Source: the human T2T-CHM13v2.0 reference genome, Homo sapiens. Taken from it: DNA of 64,000 nt. Shown in pieces: positions 31,680 to 49,117 of the stretch. Under the pieces are notes generated by a model that worked only from the letters and a program-made list of their open reading frames with translations, was not told the origin of the DNA and did not search any database. The stretch is taken from assembly GCF_009914755.1 (NCBI RefSeq), contig NC_060925.1. One strand, 5' to 3'. Each line of letters starts with the position of its first letter. Position 1 is the first letter of the stretch. Both the position numbers and the translations under genes were made by a program.

Positions 31680-32620
31680 AAAACAAGCAAATAATGTAAG
31701 AACATTTCAAAAGGATTCAGTGACCAGCTTGAAAGGATTTTCAGTGGCCATGTCTAGCGTAACGTTAGCCACAAAATCGTGAATATAAAAATTATAATCA
31801 GACACTAAAGTTAAGTATCTATGAGTTCATACTGATATAAAGGAATACACATATGAATGAATGAAAAATGAGAAGGAAAATCTCTTTGTTATAGTAGAAT
31901 TCTAACTAAGAAATGTTTAAGAAAGAAATGAGGAAAATAGAAATCACTATTTGGCAACCAGAAAGTAATTATTGTTTCAGGCAAGCATCTTCAATAGATA
32001 CTAAAATTAGTGAACAACAAAAAAATGATGAGAAACAGAATCTTCACAGAGGCCCACAATATCTCCACTTTGACAGCACCTTAATGAAGGGATCATAGTT
32101 AACATCACCAGTAATGGGACAAATGGACACCATGTGCCTTCTGATATAATGCATTTAGAAGGACACAACATCATTTCATCATATTCTTGCTAAAAATGCA
32201 AAACCAGAATTTAATTATGAGGAAACATCAGACTAACTGAGGAACAATCTACAAAATGGTCAGTTCTCCTCAAAAGTATTAAGTCATATATTACATATCA
32301 AGTCAAAGAATGACTCAGGAAATGTACCAGATTAAAGGTGATCAAGGAGACATCATAGTGAAATATATTGTGTGATACTGGATTGGATGCTGAACCAGAA
32401 AAAAAGGATATTTGTGGGACAACTGGAGAAATTTGCATTAAGGCCATAGATTAGATACTAATATTGCATCAATGTACTTTTCCTAAATTTAATTATTATA
32501 CAATGGATATGTGAGAAAGAAATTAACATTTGGGGAATTTGGATAAAAAGGTAGACAGGAAAGTTCTATTTCTGAAACTTTTTTGTAAGTCTGAAATTAT
32601 TTCCAAATGCAAAGTTAAAA
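31680..32620 (+). mobile_element. L1MC-like 3' fragment
   Basis: 'gttaacatcaccagtaatgggacaaatggaca…aattatgaggaaacatcagac…tttgtaagtctgaaattatttccaaa'. Confidence 0.8.
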
Positions 32621-33182
32621 TTAATATGTAGAATGCCATTGTTATGCTTTCTTGGAGGACTCACACCCAGCTTCATTCTTCCAGGAGCTGTTCTATTCAG
32701 AGGTGGGAAGAGGCAGCACCAAAGCCAGGATGCCCTCATTCAATTGGGAAAGGAAGGAACCAGGAGCAGAAGGAGGTAATCACTTTGAATCAAGTTAATC
32801 AGAGAAGGTTAAATACCATAAAGAGGCGTGAGCAACTGCAAAGCTGCTTTTGCTCATGTGGTAAAAGTACAGGGGCTGAAAATGGGCCCACTGAGAACAG
32901 CTCTTTTCTGACAGTGCCTCTGGAGAAGGAATCAACATTAGGAATTAGAATCATAATTATACCTTTTATTTTGCACTAACTCCGAGATTAGTCCTTGTGT
33001 TAATGTCCTTCATATATTTTCTCATTTAATTCTTATAAAAGCCTCTGAGGGAAGTATTATCCACATTTAAAGAAATGGAGAGGAAACACACTTGTTTTCT
33101 AAAGTAGACTGGCTTTGCTAAAAGACAGGTTTTGCAATTTGGCAATGGGTAGAAGTATTGGCTCTAGAGTCTGTGCTTATTA

Positions 33183-33469
33183 TTATCATTATTTTTTAAA
33201 GAGACAGGTTTTTACTCGGGAGTGCAGTGCCAATAATAGCTCACTACAGCCTTGAACTCCTGGGCTCAAGCTATCTTCTGGCCTCAGCCTCCTGAGTATC
33301 TAGGACTACAGGTGTGCACCACCATGCCCAGCTAATTTTTATTATTTTTTGTAGAGACAGGATCTCTCTATGTTGCCCAGGCTGGCCTTGTATTCCTGGC
33401 CTCAAGCAATATTCCCACCTCCGCCTCCCAAAGTGCTGGTATTACAGGTGTGAGCCACTATGCCCAGGC
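33183..33469 (-). mobile_element. AluJ SINE
   Basis: 'cagccttgaactcctgggctcaag'; TSD tctgtgcttatta at 33170-33182 and 33470-33482. Confidence 0.92.
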
Positions 33470-33847
33470 TCTGTGCTTATTACTCTTCACCCTGGTGTAC
33501 TATACAGCCTCAGCAAGAATGCAGAGCCCAACTCCAAGTGACTTTCAAGAATTCCAATTAGATCTGAGCTAAAGCTTAGGGTAAAAGTTGAAATGTGAAA
33601 AAGAATAAAAAGAAGAATTTCTGAGCCAAACATACAAGTATATAGGCAACGATATTGCAGGGCCATAGCAATTAATGTGCTAATTGCTAACAATCCTCCT
33701 CTTAAGTTAACAAAGATTTAGTGAATGTGTTCTTCTGAAAAAAAAAAAAAAAAAAAAAAAAGCTAGGCCTCTGAAGGGTAGAAGGATAAAAGTCACCCAT
33801 TTGGACCTATTGTGGGCAAGCCATGTCAAGATCCACCATAACAGTAT

Positions 33848-34003
33848 CTCCTTTTCGCTTTCCTCTCTTTCCTCTTTCTCCTCATCTTTCCTCTCCTCCC
33901 CACCTCCTTTTCCTCTTCATTTTCTTCTTCTTTCTCCCTATCCTCCTTCTCTCCTCTTCCTCCTCCGCTTTTTTCTCCTCCTCTTCCTTGTCCTTTTTTT
34001 CCC
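33848..34003 (+). repeat. Pyrimidine-rich (CT/CTT) low-complexity tract
   Basis: Seen directly. Confidence 0.9.
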
Positions 34004-35259
34004 CCAAACTGTGGAAACACAAAAAGGGAAGAATTAATTTTAACTGAAAGATTAGGAAGGCTTATAGGGTGAATGGAGTCTTGAACAAGGAGTGGGAACT
34101 TGACATGCAGGGATGAGAGAAAAAGCTTTTCAGGCAAGGAACTCAACTCACTGGAACAAAACTATACGAGTGGAAAAGTTCAAGGAAATAGGAACTAGTG
34201 TGCCATGGTCAGGATGTATGTACATGGGATGATGAAGGGAAGGAGTAAGGAACAAGGAGCACGGGGGAGAGATGACAGTGACAAAATTAATGAATCTTTG
34301 GTGAGGTAGGCTGGGGTCTATCCTGGAGAGGCTATTAATTTCTTCAGGAGGAATCTGCATTTGACCTTCTGAACCAAAAAGAAGGTCACTTGTGGGAGGG
34401 GTAAGTGCTGAATAGGTAGATGCCTTATCGTCCTTGATGACTTGAATCTCATTCCTGAAGGTCTGGCTCAGGAATCTATGTTTAAACACTTCAGGAGAGT
34501 CTTACAAACACTAAAATGACCCCATGAGACCTCTTGGGCACAGAATAATATTGTTACATGGCTTCTAAAGTAAAAATTATATGTGCTGTCCTTTAAAATT
34601 CCCTGTAATCCAAACCCGTTTTAAGTTAAACTGGTTGTCTCTCTGCTTTGTAAGAATCAGTAGGGTTTACTCATAAAGGCTCTTTTCCATGATATATTTT
34701 GACGAAAAATGGATGATATGAGTGCCCAAAGGTAACAAAATAAGAACAAACAGTCTAGAGAAGAATTATTAGCTTTCCTATTGGTGTGGGAGCTGACAAA
34801 TGAGCTGCCCTGCACAGAGGCACTGGCCACTTTCCACACTGGCCATGACCACTCCAGCTCCTGGACCACTGGCTGGAAAGGTCAAAGTCATATTTTATGA
34901 AGCTCAGCTAGTTCAACGAAAACAACTTGTTGAAAAACCTCAAGTACTCTGTAAATAGATTTCTAGGGTTTTCTTGAAAGGTTTATGAGAACACCATGGA
35001 TTTGTACTGTTATGTGAGTAAAAGGGCCAGAATGCACCCTTTGAAGGGATATACGTGACTCTTTGTAAATCTGTGCTTAGCTACCCAGATAAGAGCACAA
35101 GCTCTGGGGTCAGGAAGACCTGGATTCAAATCACAGGTCTTCCATTTATTGGCTGTATGCAGAAGCAAGTTTCTTAATTCCTCTAAACCTGTTTCCTTGT
35201 GGTTATAATGCCTAGTTCTCAAGGTTACTTGGAGGACTGTTTTCCCCTGATATTTGTAC

Positions 35260-35590
35260 AGCTCACACCCACACCTCTCTAGGTATTCATTCAATTGTCC
35301 TTCTCAAAGAGGCCTTCCCAGCCTCATATTGAATACTGCAAACAATCCCCCACTATCCCCTAACACTTCTTATCCTCTCCTCATGCTTTCCTTTTCTCCT
35401 TAGCAGTTACCACTATTTAATACACTATATATTTTACCATTTTTATATCCTTTATGTCTATCTCCAACACTAACATTTTAACAACACAGGGGCAGGAATG
35501 TTTGCCTGGTCTGTTTACTGCCATGTTCCTTGTGCCTAGGACAGTGCTAACATCATAAGCTGAAAACATCTTTGTTGAATGCATGGATGG
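35260..35590 (+). mobile_element. L2 LINE 3' end
   Basis: 'agaggccttccc…ggggcagg…tgtgcctaggacagtgc…tttgttgaatg'. Confidence 0.75.
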
Positions 35591-36219
35591 GTGATTAAAT
35601 GGCTAATCAAGGGAAACATTTCTGGGTTAGAGCTTTTGGTCAAGGTGGCTCAGTGCATTCATGCTTCCACTGCCTTTGAGTGTCAAATATTCAGTACAAA
35701 AAAGAAAAAAATTAAAAACCTAACTGTGTTATATAAGATGTTAACATTAGGATAAGTTGTGTGAAAGGTATATGGGAACTTTCTATACTATCTCTGAAAC
35801 TCTTCTGTAAGACCAAAATTATTTTAAAATAAAAAGTTTCTGAAAATCACAGTTAAAAGAAAGATAAGCACCTCTGTGGTCTATAAATAAAAGAAAACAC
35901 ATAGCACTAATCAGGAAGCCAAAGGTGTGCTCTGCAAGGCTCTTCACCTAACTATCCAAGACAGCTGGCAGTTGAATTTCTGGGGCATTGAGAACCAAAT
36001 GTGGCAGGGAACCAGACTGACTATTGTGCACTAAAACTGAACTAGTTTTAGTTCTAGGGGAGAACTCTCCTATCCACAAAAGGAGGCTTAATGTCACACC
36101 ACCTGTTGCCCAGGGTTGGGGTTTCTATAAAGCTCCAGCAGGGAGCAGAACAGCTGTGCAACTAGGACTTGAGCCAAGCTAACTATGATTGGCTCATAGA
36201 GAAGGGTAGAAAAGCAGTA

Positions 36220-37520
36220 TTTGAAAAGACAATGAATGAAATTTTTTCAGCATAGAAAACAGACCACTGGACTGAGACTGAAAACACAAGAGGGCCAAAA
36301 GATAAATAAAAATAGAAATATACCGACATAAAAAGTGCACAATATCATGGATAGAAAGAATATCTTCTAACCTACTATAGAAAATGGACAAATTACCTAC
36401 CACAGAATGACAGTGAGTCTGACAGCAAGTAATTCATTAGCAGCAATCTCTGCCAGAAGAAAACAGACATCTTCAAAATGTTTGAGAGGAAAATATTTGA
36501 CTTAGACTTCTACACCCTGTATTACTGTCATTCAAGAGTGTATGAGTTTGCTAGGGCTGCTATAACAAAATATCACAGACCAACTGGCTTAAACAATAGA
36601 AATTTATTTTCTTACAGTCTTTCAGGTTAGAAGTCCAAGATTAAGGTGTTGGCAGTTTGGGTTTCTCCCGAGGCCTCTCTCCTTGGCCTGCAAATGGTTG
36701 GATTCTCACTGTACCCTCATATAGTCTTTTCCCTATGTATGGACATCCCTGGTGTCTCTTTATGTGTCCAATTTCCCTTTTCTTAAAAGGGCACTGGTCA
36801 TATTGGATTAAAATATGGTCATATTGGATTAAAACAGCCTCATTTTTACTTAATCACCCCCTTTACAGGATCTAGCTCTAAACAGTCACATTGTAAGGAC
36901 TGGGGGTTAGAACTTCAACATATAAATTTGGGTGTGGGGGAGAAACACAGTTCAGACCATAAAAAGAAGTAAGAAAAATAAAATCATATTCAGATTCACA
37001 AAAGAAGAGTATTTTCTACCTATAAAGACTTGTTTTAAGAACCATCAAATGATATTCATTAGTAAGAAGAAAAAAGAAATAAAATAAAATGGTAAAAATA
37101 TATCCAAAAAGTAGTAATCAAAATAATGGTAAATGAATTAAATTCATTTATTAAAAGCTAGAGATTATCACATTAGATTTTTAGGTCATTTGGCTATACA
37201 CTTCATGAAAGGGACATATTCAAAACAAAATGGCCCAAAGATTGAAACTAAATTGTATGAAACAAGATGTAACATATGAATCAAATAAAGCTGGTAACGA
37301 TATTAGTATTTGACCAAAAACAAATTAAGAAAAAAAGCATTAGTAAAAATAGAAAATACTAGATAATAATGAAAAGAACCTCCTCCAGGAAGATATAACA
37401 GTCATAAACTTGTATTTACCTAATATTGACTAAAAACTTATAGGACAAATACTGACAGATCAGCAAATCTGTAGTCATAATGGGAAATTTAAAATCATAT
37501 CTCTCAGAGATGATTTAACA
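36220..37520 (+). mobile_element. Ancient L1M (ORF1 end / ORF2 start) fragments, interrupted by an MLT1
   Basis: A-rich decayed L1: 'atcttcaaaatgtttgagaggaaaa', 'ccaggaagatataacagtcataaacttgtatttacctaat…atgggaaattt'. Confidence 0.65.
36539..36963 (-). mobile_element. MLT1A/C-like solo LTR
   Basis: tgtatgagtttgctagggctgctataacaaaa…cacagttcagaccataa. Confidence 0.85.
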
Positions 37521-37994
37521 ATATTCCATATGTATACATATGTTCAATCTTGAATATATATATATGTATATATATTCCTATGTGTATACACACATACACA
37601 GATATGTGTAAGTATCTAACATGCACTTCCCCTAGAAAGTTCTCTCTGCCTTTTGAATCTGGTATATGCCTTTCCAACTTCAAGGTTGAATTCTTCTTGG
37701 CTCTCTTGGACAAAATTAATCATTGTAACACTGAGGTCCCTTATTATCTTCTACATACCTCACATAGGACTCATCTCCATATTTGTAGAAAAGTACCTAT
37801 TGATTTCCACTAGACTCTGTTGTCAGGTACTAGTGTGCTAACCATCTCCGTAAATCCAATGCCTGGCACATAGTACATACTTGGTAATTGTTTGTTGAAT
37901 GAATGAATTCATAGTCCTTGCCCTTAAGAAGCTCACAAGGTAGAATAATAAGCAGCTGATAGCCACTGAAAAAATCTAGGTACTGAGCATTATT

Positions 37995-39239
37995 TTTTCT
38001 TTTTTTTTACCTTAAGTTTTGGATACATGTGCAGAACATGCAGATTTGTTACATAGGTAAACATATGCTATAGTGGTTTGCTGTACCTACCAACCCATGA
38101 TCTAGGTATTAAGCCCCGCATGCATTAATTCTTTGTCCCGATGCTCTCCCACCCCTTGCTGCCCATGACAGGCCCCGGTGTGTGTTGTTCCCCTCCCTGT
38201 GTCCATGTGTTCTCATTGTTCAGCTCCCACTTATGAGTGAGAACAAGTGGTGTTTGGTTTTCTGTTCCTGTGTTAGTTTGCTAAGAATGATGGCTCCCAG
38301 CTTCACCCATGTTCCTGCAAAGAAACATAATCTCATTCCTTTTTATGGCTGCACAGTATTTGATGATGTATATATACCATGTTTTCTTTATGCAGTCTAT
38401 CACTGATGGGCTTTTGGGTTGGTTCCATGTCTTTGCTATTGTAAATGGTGCTATAATAAACATACATGTGAATGTGTCTTTATAGTAGAATGATTTATAC
38501 TCCTTTGCATATATACTCAATAATGGGATTGCTGGATCAAATGGTATTTCTGGTTCTAGACCCCCGAGGAATCACTACACTGTCTTCCACAATGGTTGAA
38601 CTAATTTACATTCCCGCCAACAGTGTAAAAGTGTTCCTATTTATCCACAGCCTCGCCAGCATCTGTTATTTCTTAACTTTTTAATAATCGCCATTCTAAC
38701 TGGCATGAGATGGTATCTCATTGTGGTTTTGATTTGCATTTCTCTAATGATCAGTGATGTTGAGCTTTTCTTCATATGTTTGTTGGCTGCATAAATGTCT
38801 TCTTTTGAGAAGTATCTCTTCATGTCCTTTGTCCACTTTTTGATTGGGTTGTTTGTTTTTTTTCCTGTTAATTTGTTTAAGTTCCTTGTAAATTCAGGAT
38901 ATTAGACCTTTGTCAGATAGGTAGATGGCAAAAATTTTCTCCCATTCTGTAGGTTTCCTGTTCACTCTGATGATGGTTTATTTTGCTGTGCAGAAGCTCT
39001 TTAGTTTAATTAGATCCCATTTGTCAACTTTAGCTTTTGTTGCAATTGCTTTTCGTGATTTCATCATAAAATCTTTGCCCATGCCTATGTCCTGAATGGT
39101 ATTGCCTAGATTTTCTTCTAGGGTTTTTATGGTTTTGGGTTTTACATTTAAGTATCTAATCTATCTTGTGTTAATTTTTGTATAAGGGGTAAGGAAGGGG
39201 TCCAGTTTCAGTTTTCTGCTTATGGTAGCCAGTTTTCCC
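37995..39239 (-). mobile_element. 5'-truncated L1PA7/8-like element (~1.25 kb)
   Basis: Reverse L1 3'UTR and ORF2 C-terminus; TSD aggt(a/g)ctga(g/a)cattatt at 37978-37994 and 39240-39256. Confidence 0.93.
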
Positions 39240-39303
39240 AGGTGCTGAACATTATTCTAAGTGCCTTACAGGTAATATCTCATTAGTCATCATAGCATCC
39301 TTA

Positions 39304-39482
39304 TGTTAGCCACATGCGTCAGGAATAAGAATTCCTTTCCCTCCCTTGTCCAGGTGTGTGCTCACCATTGCTCCATCTGTGAGGGTGCACCCTTCTATAG
39401 AAGTAAATTGCCTTGCTGAGAAGAAAAAAGAAAATTTGATATTCTAGTGCTATTTCTTTTGTGGCACTGAAACTTTATAACA
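39304..39482 (+). mobile_element. Short ERV1-type LTR (internally deleted) inside a MIR
   Basis: TG…CA termini, 'agtaaattgccttgctgag…ggcactgaaactttataaca' LTR-type 3' end, ctta/atta flanks; family not confidently named. Confidence 0.6.
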
Positions 39483-39760
39483 ATTATGAGGTAGGAGAAA
39501 AAGATTATCTCCCTTTACAGACATAAAAAACTGAGACCAATAAGCTTTTATAACTTGCCCAAAGTCATGTAGTTGATAAATGGCAGAGCCAGGATTTGGC
39601 CCCAAATTCTCTGATCTCAGAGTCTGAGCTCTTCACCATCATACTATACTACTCACATTTTGTATATAAAAACACAATCACTAACAGAAAGCAGTATTTG
39701 CCAAGTATCTATTGAAATGAGTAGATAATAAATCCGATGCTATTATGCTAAAAAGATTAG

Positions 39761-40069
<309 letters not shown>

Positions 40070-43000
40070 TACATGCACAAATTCTTATCTTGACAAACTG
40101 TGAAATGACTCTCACACCTTTTTCTTTTCCCTGTGTCCTCTCCCACTTCTCTGGAAGAATATGTTGAACAGGAGATGAGGGAGGAAGTCAAGTGACCACT
40201 TTCCTCAGAGTCCAGCTTCTCTGTGGGCCTGGGGTTTACCCCAGAACCCTACTGGCTGCCTTACAATTCTACAGTCTCAGCAAGAATTTTAGAGTGACGC
40301 CTGTGACTTTCAGACCATGAGCTTGCTGCTTCTCAGTGTTCTTAATAGGGACAGGAGGGATGAGTGGTACTAAGGGTCCATGTAGACAATTGGGCGGCTG
40401 CTACTCTCATCTGTATTGTCATGTTATCCAGAAAGTTCAGCTGTAAGTCAATAGACGGATTCTAAGAGGGAGCCAAGAATGCCATATACTTCTAAACTCT
40501 CATCATAAAAACATTGTGAAATACTTTATATTTTTTGGTGCCTGGATTATATAAGTCATAAACTAGCTTATATAAATACACAGACATAGAGATACACAGT
40601 TGACATCTGAGGTTATTCTCAATGAAATCAAGAAGAAAACAGTACTTTATTTGAGCAGATATGTATCAGCTTCTCTGAGGCCTGGGAGCCCTCGCACTCC
40701 ATCCCAGCATCACTGAGAAATTATTATACTGCTTACAATGTCTATTGTGTTGTTTGATGGTACATTTGATCACAGTTTATGAGACAATTCACCACTGAAT
40801 AATTTTCATCCCAATGTAGAAGCTGAAGATTGTCTAATTTATGCCTAACTTCAAAGCTGGAGTGGTTGAGGGCTGTAGCTGTGGAATCAAGCAGTTAGCG
40901 GAATGAACATTGTAAAGACTTTGATTGTAAAATTTGGAGTGTGAATTCCTGGCCAGTAATTTAACATCAATGATCTCTTTTTAAGAAACTCTCAAAAAGC
41001 CCCTCTGGTTTTTTAGGTAGGCCTTTCAAAACTCAAAATTGGTGAGAGTGATAATAATCAAAATAGCAATTCTCTGTTTTGGGTAGACAGAATTATAGTA
41101 TGTATTACCAATTTAATCCTGACAAGCCCTTTGCTACAGCTTTATTCTTCCCATATCACAAATGAGAGAAATAAAGTTCCCAGAAAAGAAATAATTTATC
41201 TGAGCAAAATCTTATAGTTGTTAGGAAGCAGTAGAGACAAAACTTAAACCTTGATTTTCTAGTCTAATCTAACACCCTTTCCACTATAGTAGAGTCTGTC
41301 TCTGTCTTGTACCCTACTTTGTGGTTACTTCTAACTGCCTTCAGATGTGGGTCCCTTAGCAAAAAAAGTAGAATCTCTGCTGTTTCACAAAAGCAGAACA
41401 ATTAGAAGATACTCGAGTTGACAAGAGTCTTAGAGAATATCTGGTGCTATCCTTTTGCTTTAAGATGAGAAAATCAAGGCCCAGAAAGGATGACTTGTTG
41501 AGATGAGAGCCAGCATCAGAATCTAGACCTCATTTTTGGTCTTTCTGCTTCTCTCTGACATTTCATCAGAAATGTTTTGCCTCCAAACTCCTGACATTGT
41601 ATGTATTTACTTGACCTACATTTGCTCATCACTTGTTATGGGACATTACTCACTGGGGAAATGAAGATTTATAATACAGGAACTCTGTATTCTCTAGGAA
41701 AGATAGATGCATAAATAATTATACTTGCTAAATTGGAGGTTTACACAGATGAAACGGATTGGCAAAGAAGCCACAATTAATTAGGCCTATGGAACAAGGG
41801 AAGACTTACCAAAGAAAAGCTGAGTTTTCAGGGAAGAGAAGTTTGTTAGCCAGATAATGCAGAAAGGGGTTTTGCATGAAGAGGGAGTTATTTGTGTAAA
41901 GGAATGAGGGCTGTGAGAAAACACTGAAAGAATAATGCAAGTTCTGAGGTATGGCTGATCACAGGACACTCAAAGCAGAGTGGAATGAGAAGAGAGTGGG
42001 GTCAGTTGAAGGCCTCATATGTCAGACCAAGGGACGCGGGCTCTCTCTGCAAGAAAGTAAGAAACTATTGAAACATAAAAGGCAGAAGATTTAATTCACA
42101 GACAAGCTCTTTCAGGTAAATATTATTTCCCCCAACTTTGGAGATGTGGAAACTGAAGCTAACAGCATAAATAACATGCTCAGGCCACCCCACTTTTTTG
42201 GGTGAAAGCCTGGACCAAGACTCAGACACTCTGAATCCAAGTCCCAAGTTTTTCAGATGTCAGCATGCTGTCTCCCAGAGCAACCAATTTTGAAAGCAAG
42301 AAACTCAGTCCTGAGGTCATTCCAAAGATGTACGACATGGAGCATACAGAGGCCCAATAGGACTCCATCCCCAAGGACACAATCAGCCTGGACGTTGCTT
42401 ACTTCCCATAGCCTTTTATTCTCTTGGTCTGCAGTTTTTATTTATTCTCCCTCTGGCTTCTGAAACACAAACAAATAAAAACAGACACACTTTTTCCTCT
42501 GCCTATGACCCTTGTGGGGTTTATGTTGACAGGAATGATACTAAAATGCAGTGGGAAGAAGGGGTACTCTCTCCAGACCTTAAAAGAATAGCTCAATAAA
42601 TTACAAAAACACCCTGAACTATTTCTCTCTCTCTCTCTCCCTCTCTCTCTCTCTCTGATTATCTTCCAGAAAGGACTTTTATGTCTAGATTCCTTCCCAG
42701 GAGTGAACATTGCAAGCCTGCCCATTCTACCTGATTCTTGGGCTCAAACCAAATTTTGTCTACCCTTTCTGCTAAAAATAAAAAGTATTTATTTTATGCT
42801 TCCTTTCCTCTGTGACATAATGTCTAATTTCTGCTTTTTTTTTTTTTTTTTGGTCATAGAAATGAGAGACAAAGAACCCAGATCAGAAATGAGTTTTAAT
42901 AGCAACTCAGTCCAATGTTTTGTATCTACAGCACCTAGCACAATCATATGCAGGCAATTCATTGATAGAGCTGTCTAGCCTAGGGAAGATACTCAATACT

Positions 43001-43189
43001 TGTTAGTTAAATCATCCAAATGCTTGATTCCCTCTTCTAACATCTCAGGTAAAAACTGGAAGAAAAATATATACAGAGAGAGATTATAATAGTCATATAT
43101 ATATGAGAGAGATTATAATAGCGATTCACATGTTATTGCATAACTTTTTAAAAATGTAGGAAAATACAATTTAGAAAATAGTAATTACT

Positions 43190-44213
43190 GGACTCTAGCC
43201 AAGATGGCCAAATAGGAACAGCTCCAGTCTACAGCTCCCAGCGTGAGTGACGCAGAAGACGAATGATTTCTGCATTTCCAACTGAGGTACCGGGTTCATC
43301 TCACTGGGGACTGTCAGACAGTGGGTGCAAGACAGTGTGTGCAGCGCACTGAGCATGAGCTGAAGCAGGGCAAGGCATCGCCTCACCTGGAAAGTGCAAG
43401 GGGTCAGGGAATTCCCTTTCCTAGCCAAGGAAAGGGGTGACAGACAGCACCTGGGAAATCGGGTCACTCCCACCCTAATACTGCACTTTCCGACAGTCTT
43501 AGCAAACGGCAAACCAGGAGATTATATCCCGCGCCTGGCTCGGAGGGTCCTATGCTGACGGAGCCTCACTCGTTTCTAGCACAGCAGTCTGAGATCAATT
43601 TGCAAGGCAGCAGTGAGGCTGGGGGAGGGGCGCCACTATTGCCGAGGCTTGAGTAGGTAAACAAAGTGGCTGGGAAGCTCGAACTGGGTGGAGCCCACCG
43701 CAGCTCAAGGAGGCCTGCCTGCCTCTTTAGACTCCACCTCTGGGGGCAGGGCATAGCCAAACAAAAGGCAGCAGAAACCTCTGCAGACTTAAATGTCCCT
43801 GTCTGACAGCTTTGAAGAGAGTAGTGGTTCTCCCAGCATGCAGCTTGAGATCTGAGAACAGACAGACTGCCTCCTCAAGTGGGTTGCTGACCCCTGAGTA
43901 GCCTAACTGGGAGGCACCCCCGAGCAGGGGCAGTCTGGCACCTCACACAGCTGGGTACTCCTCTGACACAAACTTCCAGAGGAATCATCAAGCAGCAACA
44001 TTTGCTGTTCACCAATATTCGCTGTTCTGCTGCCTCCGCTGCTGATACCCAGGCAAGCAGGGTCTGGAGTGGACCTCTGGCAAACTCCAACAGACCTGCA
44101 GCTGAGGGTCCTGACTGTTAGAAGGAAAACTAACAAACAGAAAGGACATCCACACCAAAACCCCATCTGTACGTCACCATCATCAAAGACCAAAGGTAGA
44201 TAAAACCACAAAA
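43190..44213 (+). promoter_or_regulatory. L1 5'UTR sense/antisense promoter region with YY1 site
   Basis: AAGATGGCC at 43201-43209; partial residual CpG content. Confidence 0.75.
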
Positions 44214-45230
44214 ATGGGGGAAAAACAGAGCAGAAAAACTGAAAATTCTAAAAATCAGAGCGTCTCTCCTCCTCCAAAGAAACACAGCTCCTCACCAGTG
44301 ACGGAACAAAGCTGGATGGAGAATGACTTTGACAAGTTGAGAGAAGAAGGCTTCAGACAATCAAACTTCTCCGAGCTAAAGGAGGAAGTTTGAACGCATA
44401 GCAAAGAAGTTAAAAACCTTGAAAAAAGATTAGATGAATGGCTAACTAGAATAACCACTGCAGAGAAGTCCTTAAAGGACCTGATGGAGCTGAAAACCAC
44501 GGCACAAGAACTACATGACAAATGCACAAGCCTCAGTAGCCAATTTGATCAACTGGAAGAAAGGGTATCAGTGATGGAAGATCAAATGAATGAAATGAAG
44601 CGAGAAGAGAAGTTTAGAGAAAAAAGAATAAAAAGAAACGAACAAAGCCTCCAAGAAATATGGAACTATGTGAAAAGACCAAATCTACCTCTGATTGGTG
44701 TACCTGAAAGTGACGGGGAGAATGGAACCAAGTGGGAAAACACTCTGCAGGATATTATCCAGGAGAACTTACCCAATCTAGCAAGGCAGGCCAACATTCA
44801 AATTCAGGAAATACAGAGGACGCCACAAAGATACTCCTCAAGAAGAGCAACTCCAAGACACATAATTGTCAGATTCACCAAAGTTGAAATGAAGGAAAAA
44901 ATGTTAAGGGGAACCAGAGAGAAAAGTTGGGTTACCCACAAAGGGAAGCCCATCAGACTAACAGCTGATCTCTCGGCAGAAATTCACCAAGCCAGAAGAC
45001 AGTGGGGGCCAATATTCAACATTCTTAAAGAAAAGAATTTTCAATCCAGAATTTCATATCCAGCCAAACTAAGCTTCATAAGTGAATGAGAAATAAAATA
45101 CTTTACAAACAAGCAAATGCTGAGAGATTTTGTCACCACCAGGCCTGCCCTACAAGAGCTCCTGAAGGAAGCACTAAACATGGAAAGGAACAACTGGTAC
45201 CAGCCACTGCAAAATCATGCCAAATTGTAA
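44214..45230 (+). pseudogene. L1 ORF1p, disrupted
   Basis: ATG at 44214, premature TGA at 44391 and 45087, native TAA at 45228-45230. Confidence 0.9.
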
Positions 45231-45293
45231 AGATCATCGAGACTAGGAAGAAACTGCATCAACTAACGAGCAAAATAACCAGCTAACATCATA

Positions 45294-49117
<3,824 letters not shown>

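Noticed and set aside
36796-36834. ~20-bp tandem duplications inside repeats (also 51521-51560 and 60403-60420)
   Set aside because: Ordinary slippage duplications with two units only; not an array or CRISPR-like structure.
43430-43640. L1 antisense ORF0
   Set aside because: The start codon reads ATA (plus strand 'cactattg'), there is an apparent 1-nt shift next to it, and a stop at 43566-43568; not intact.
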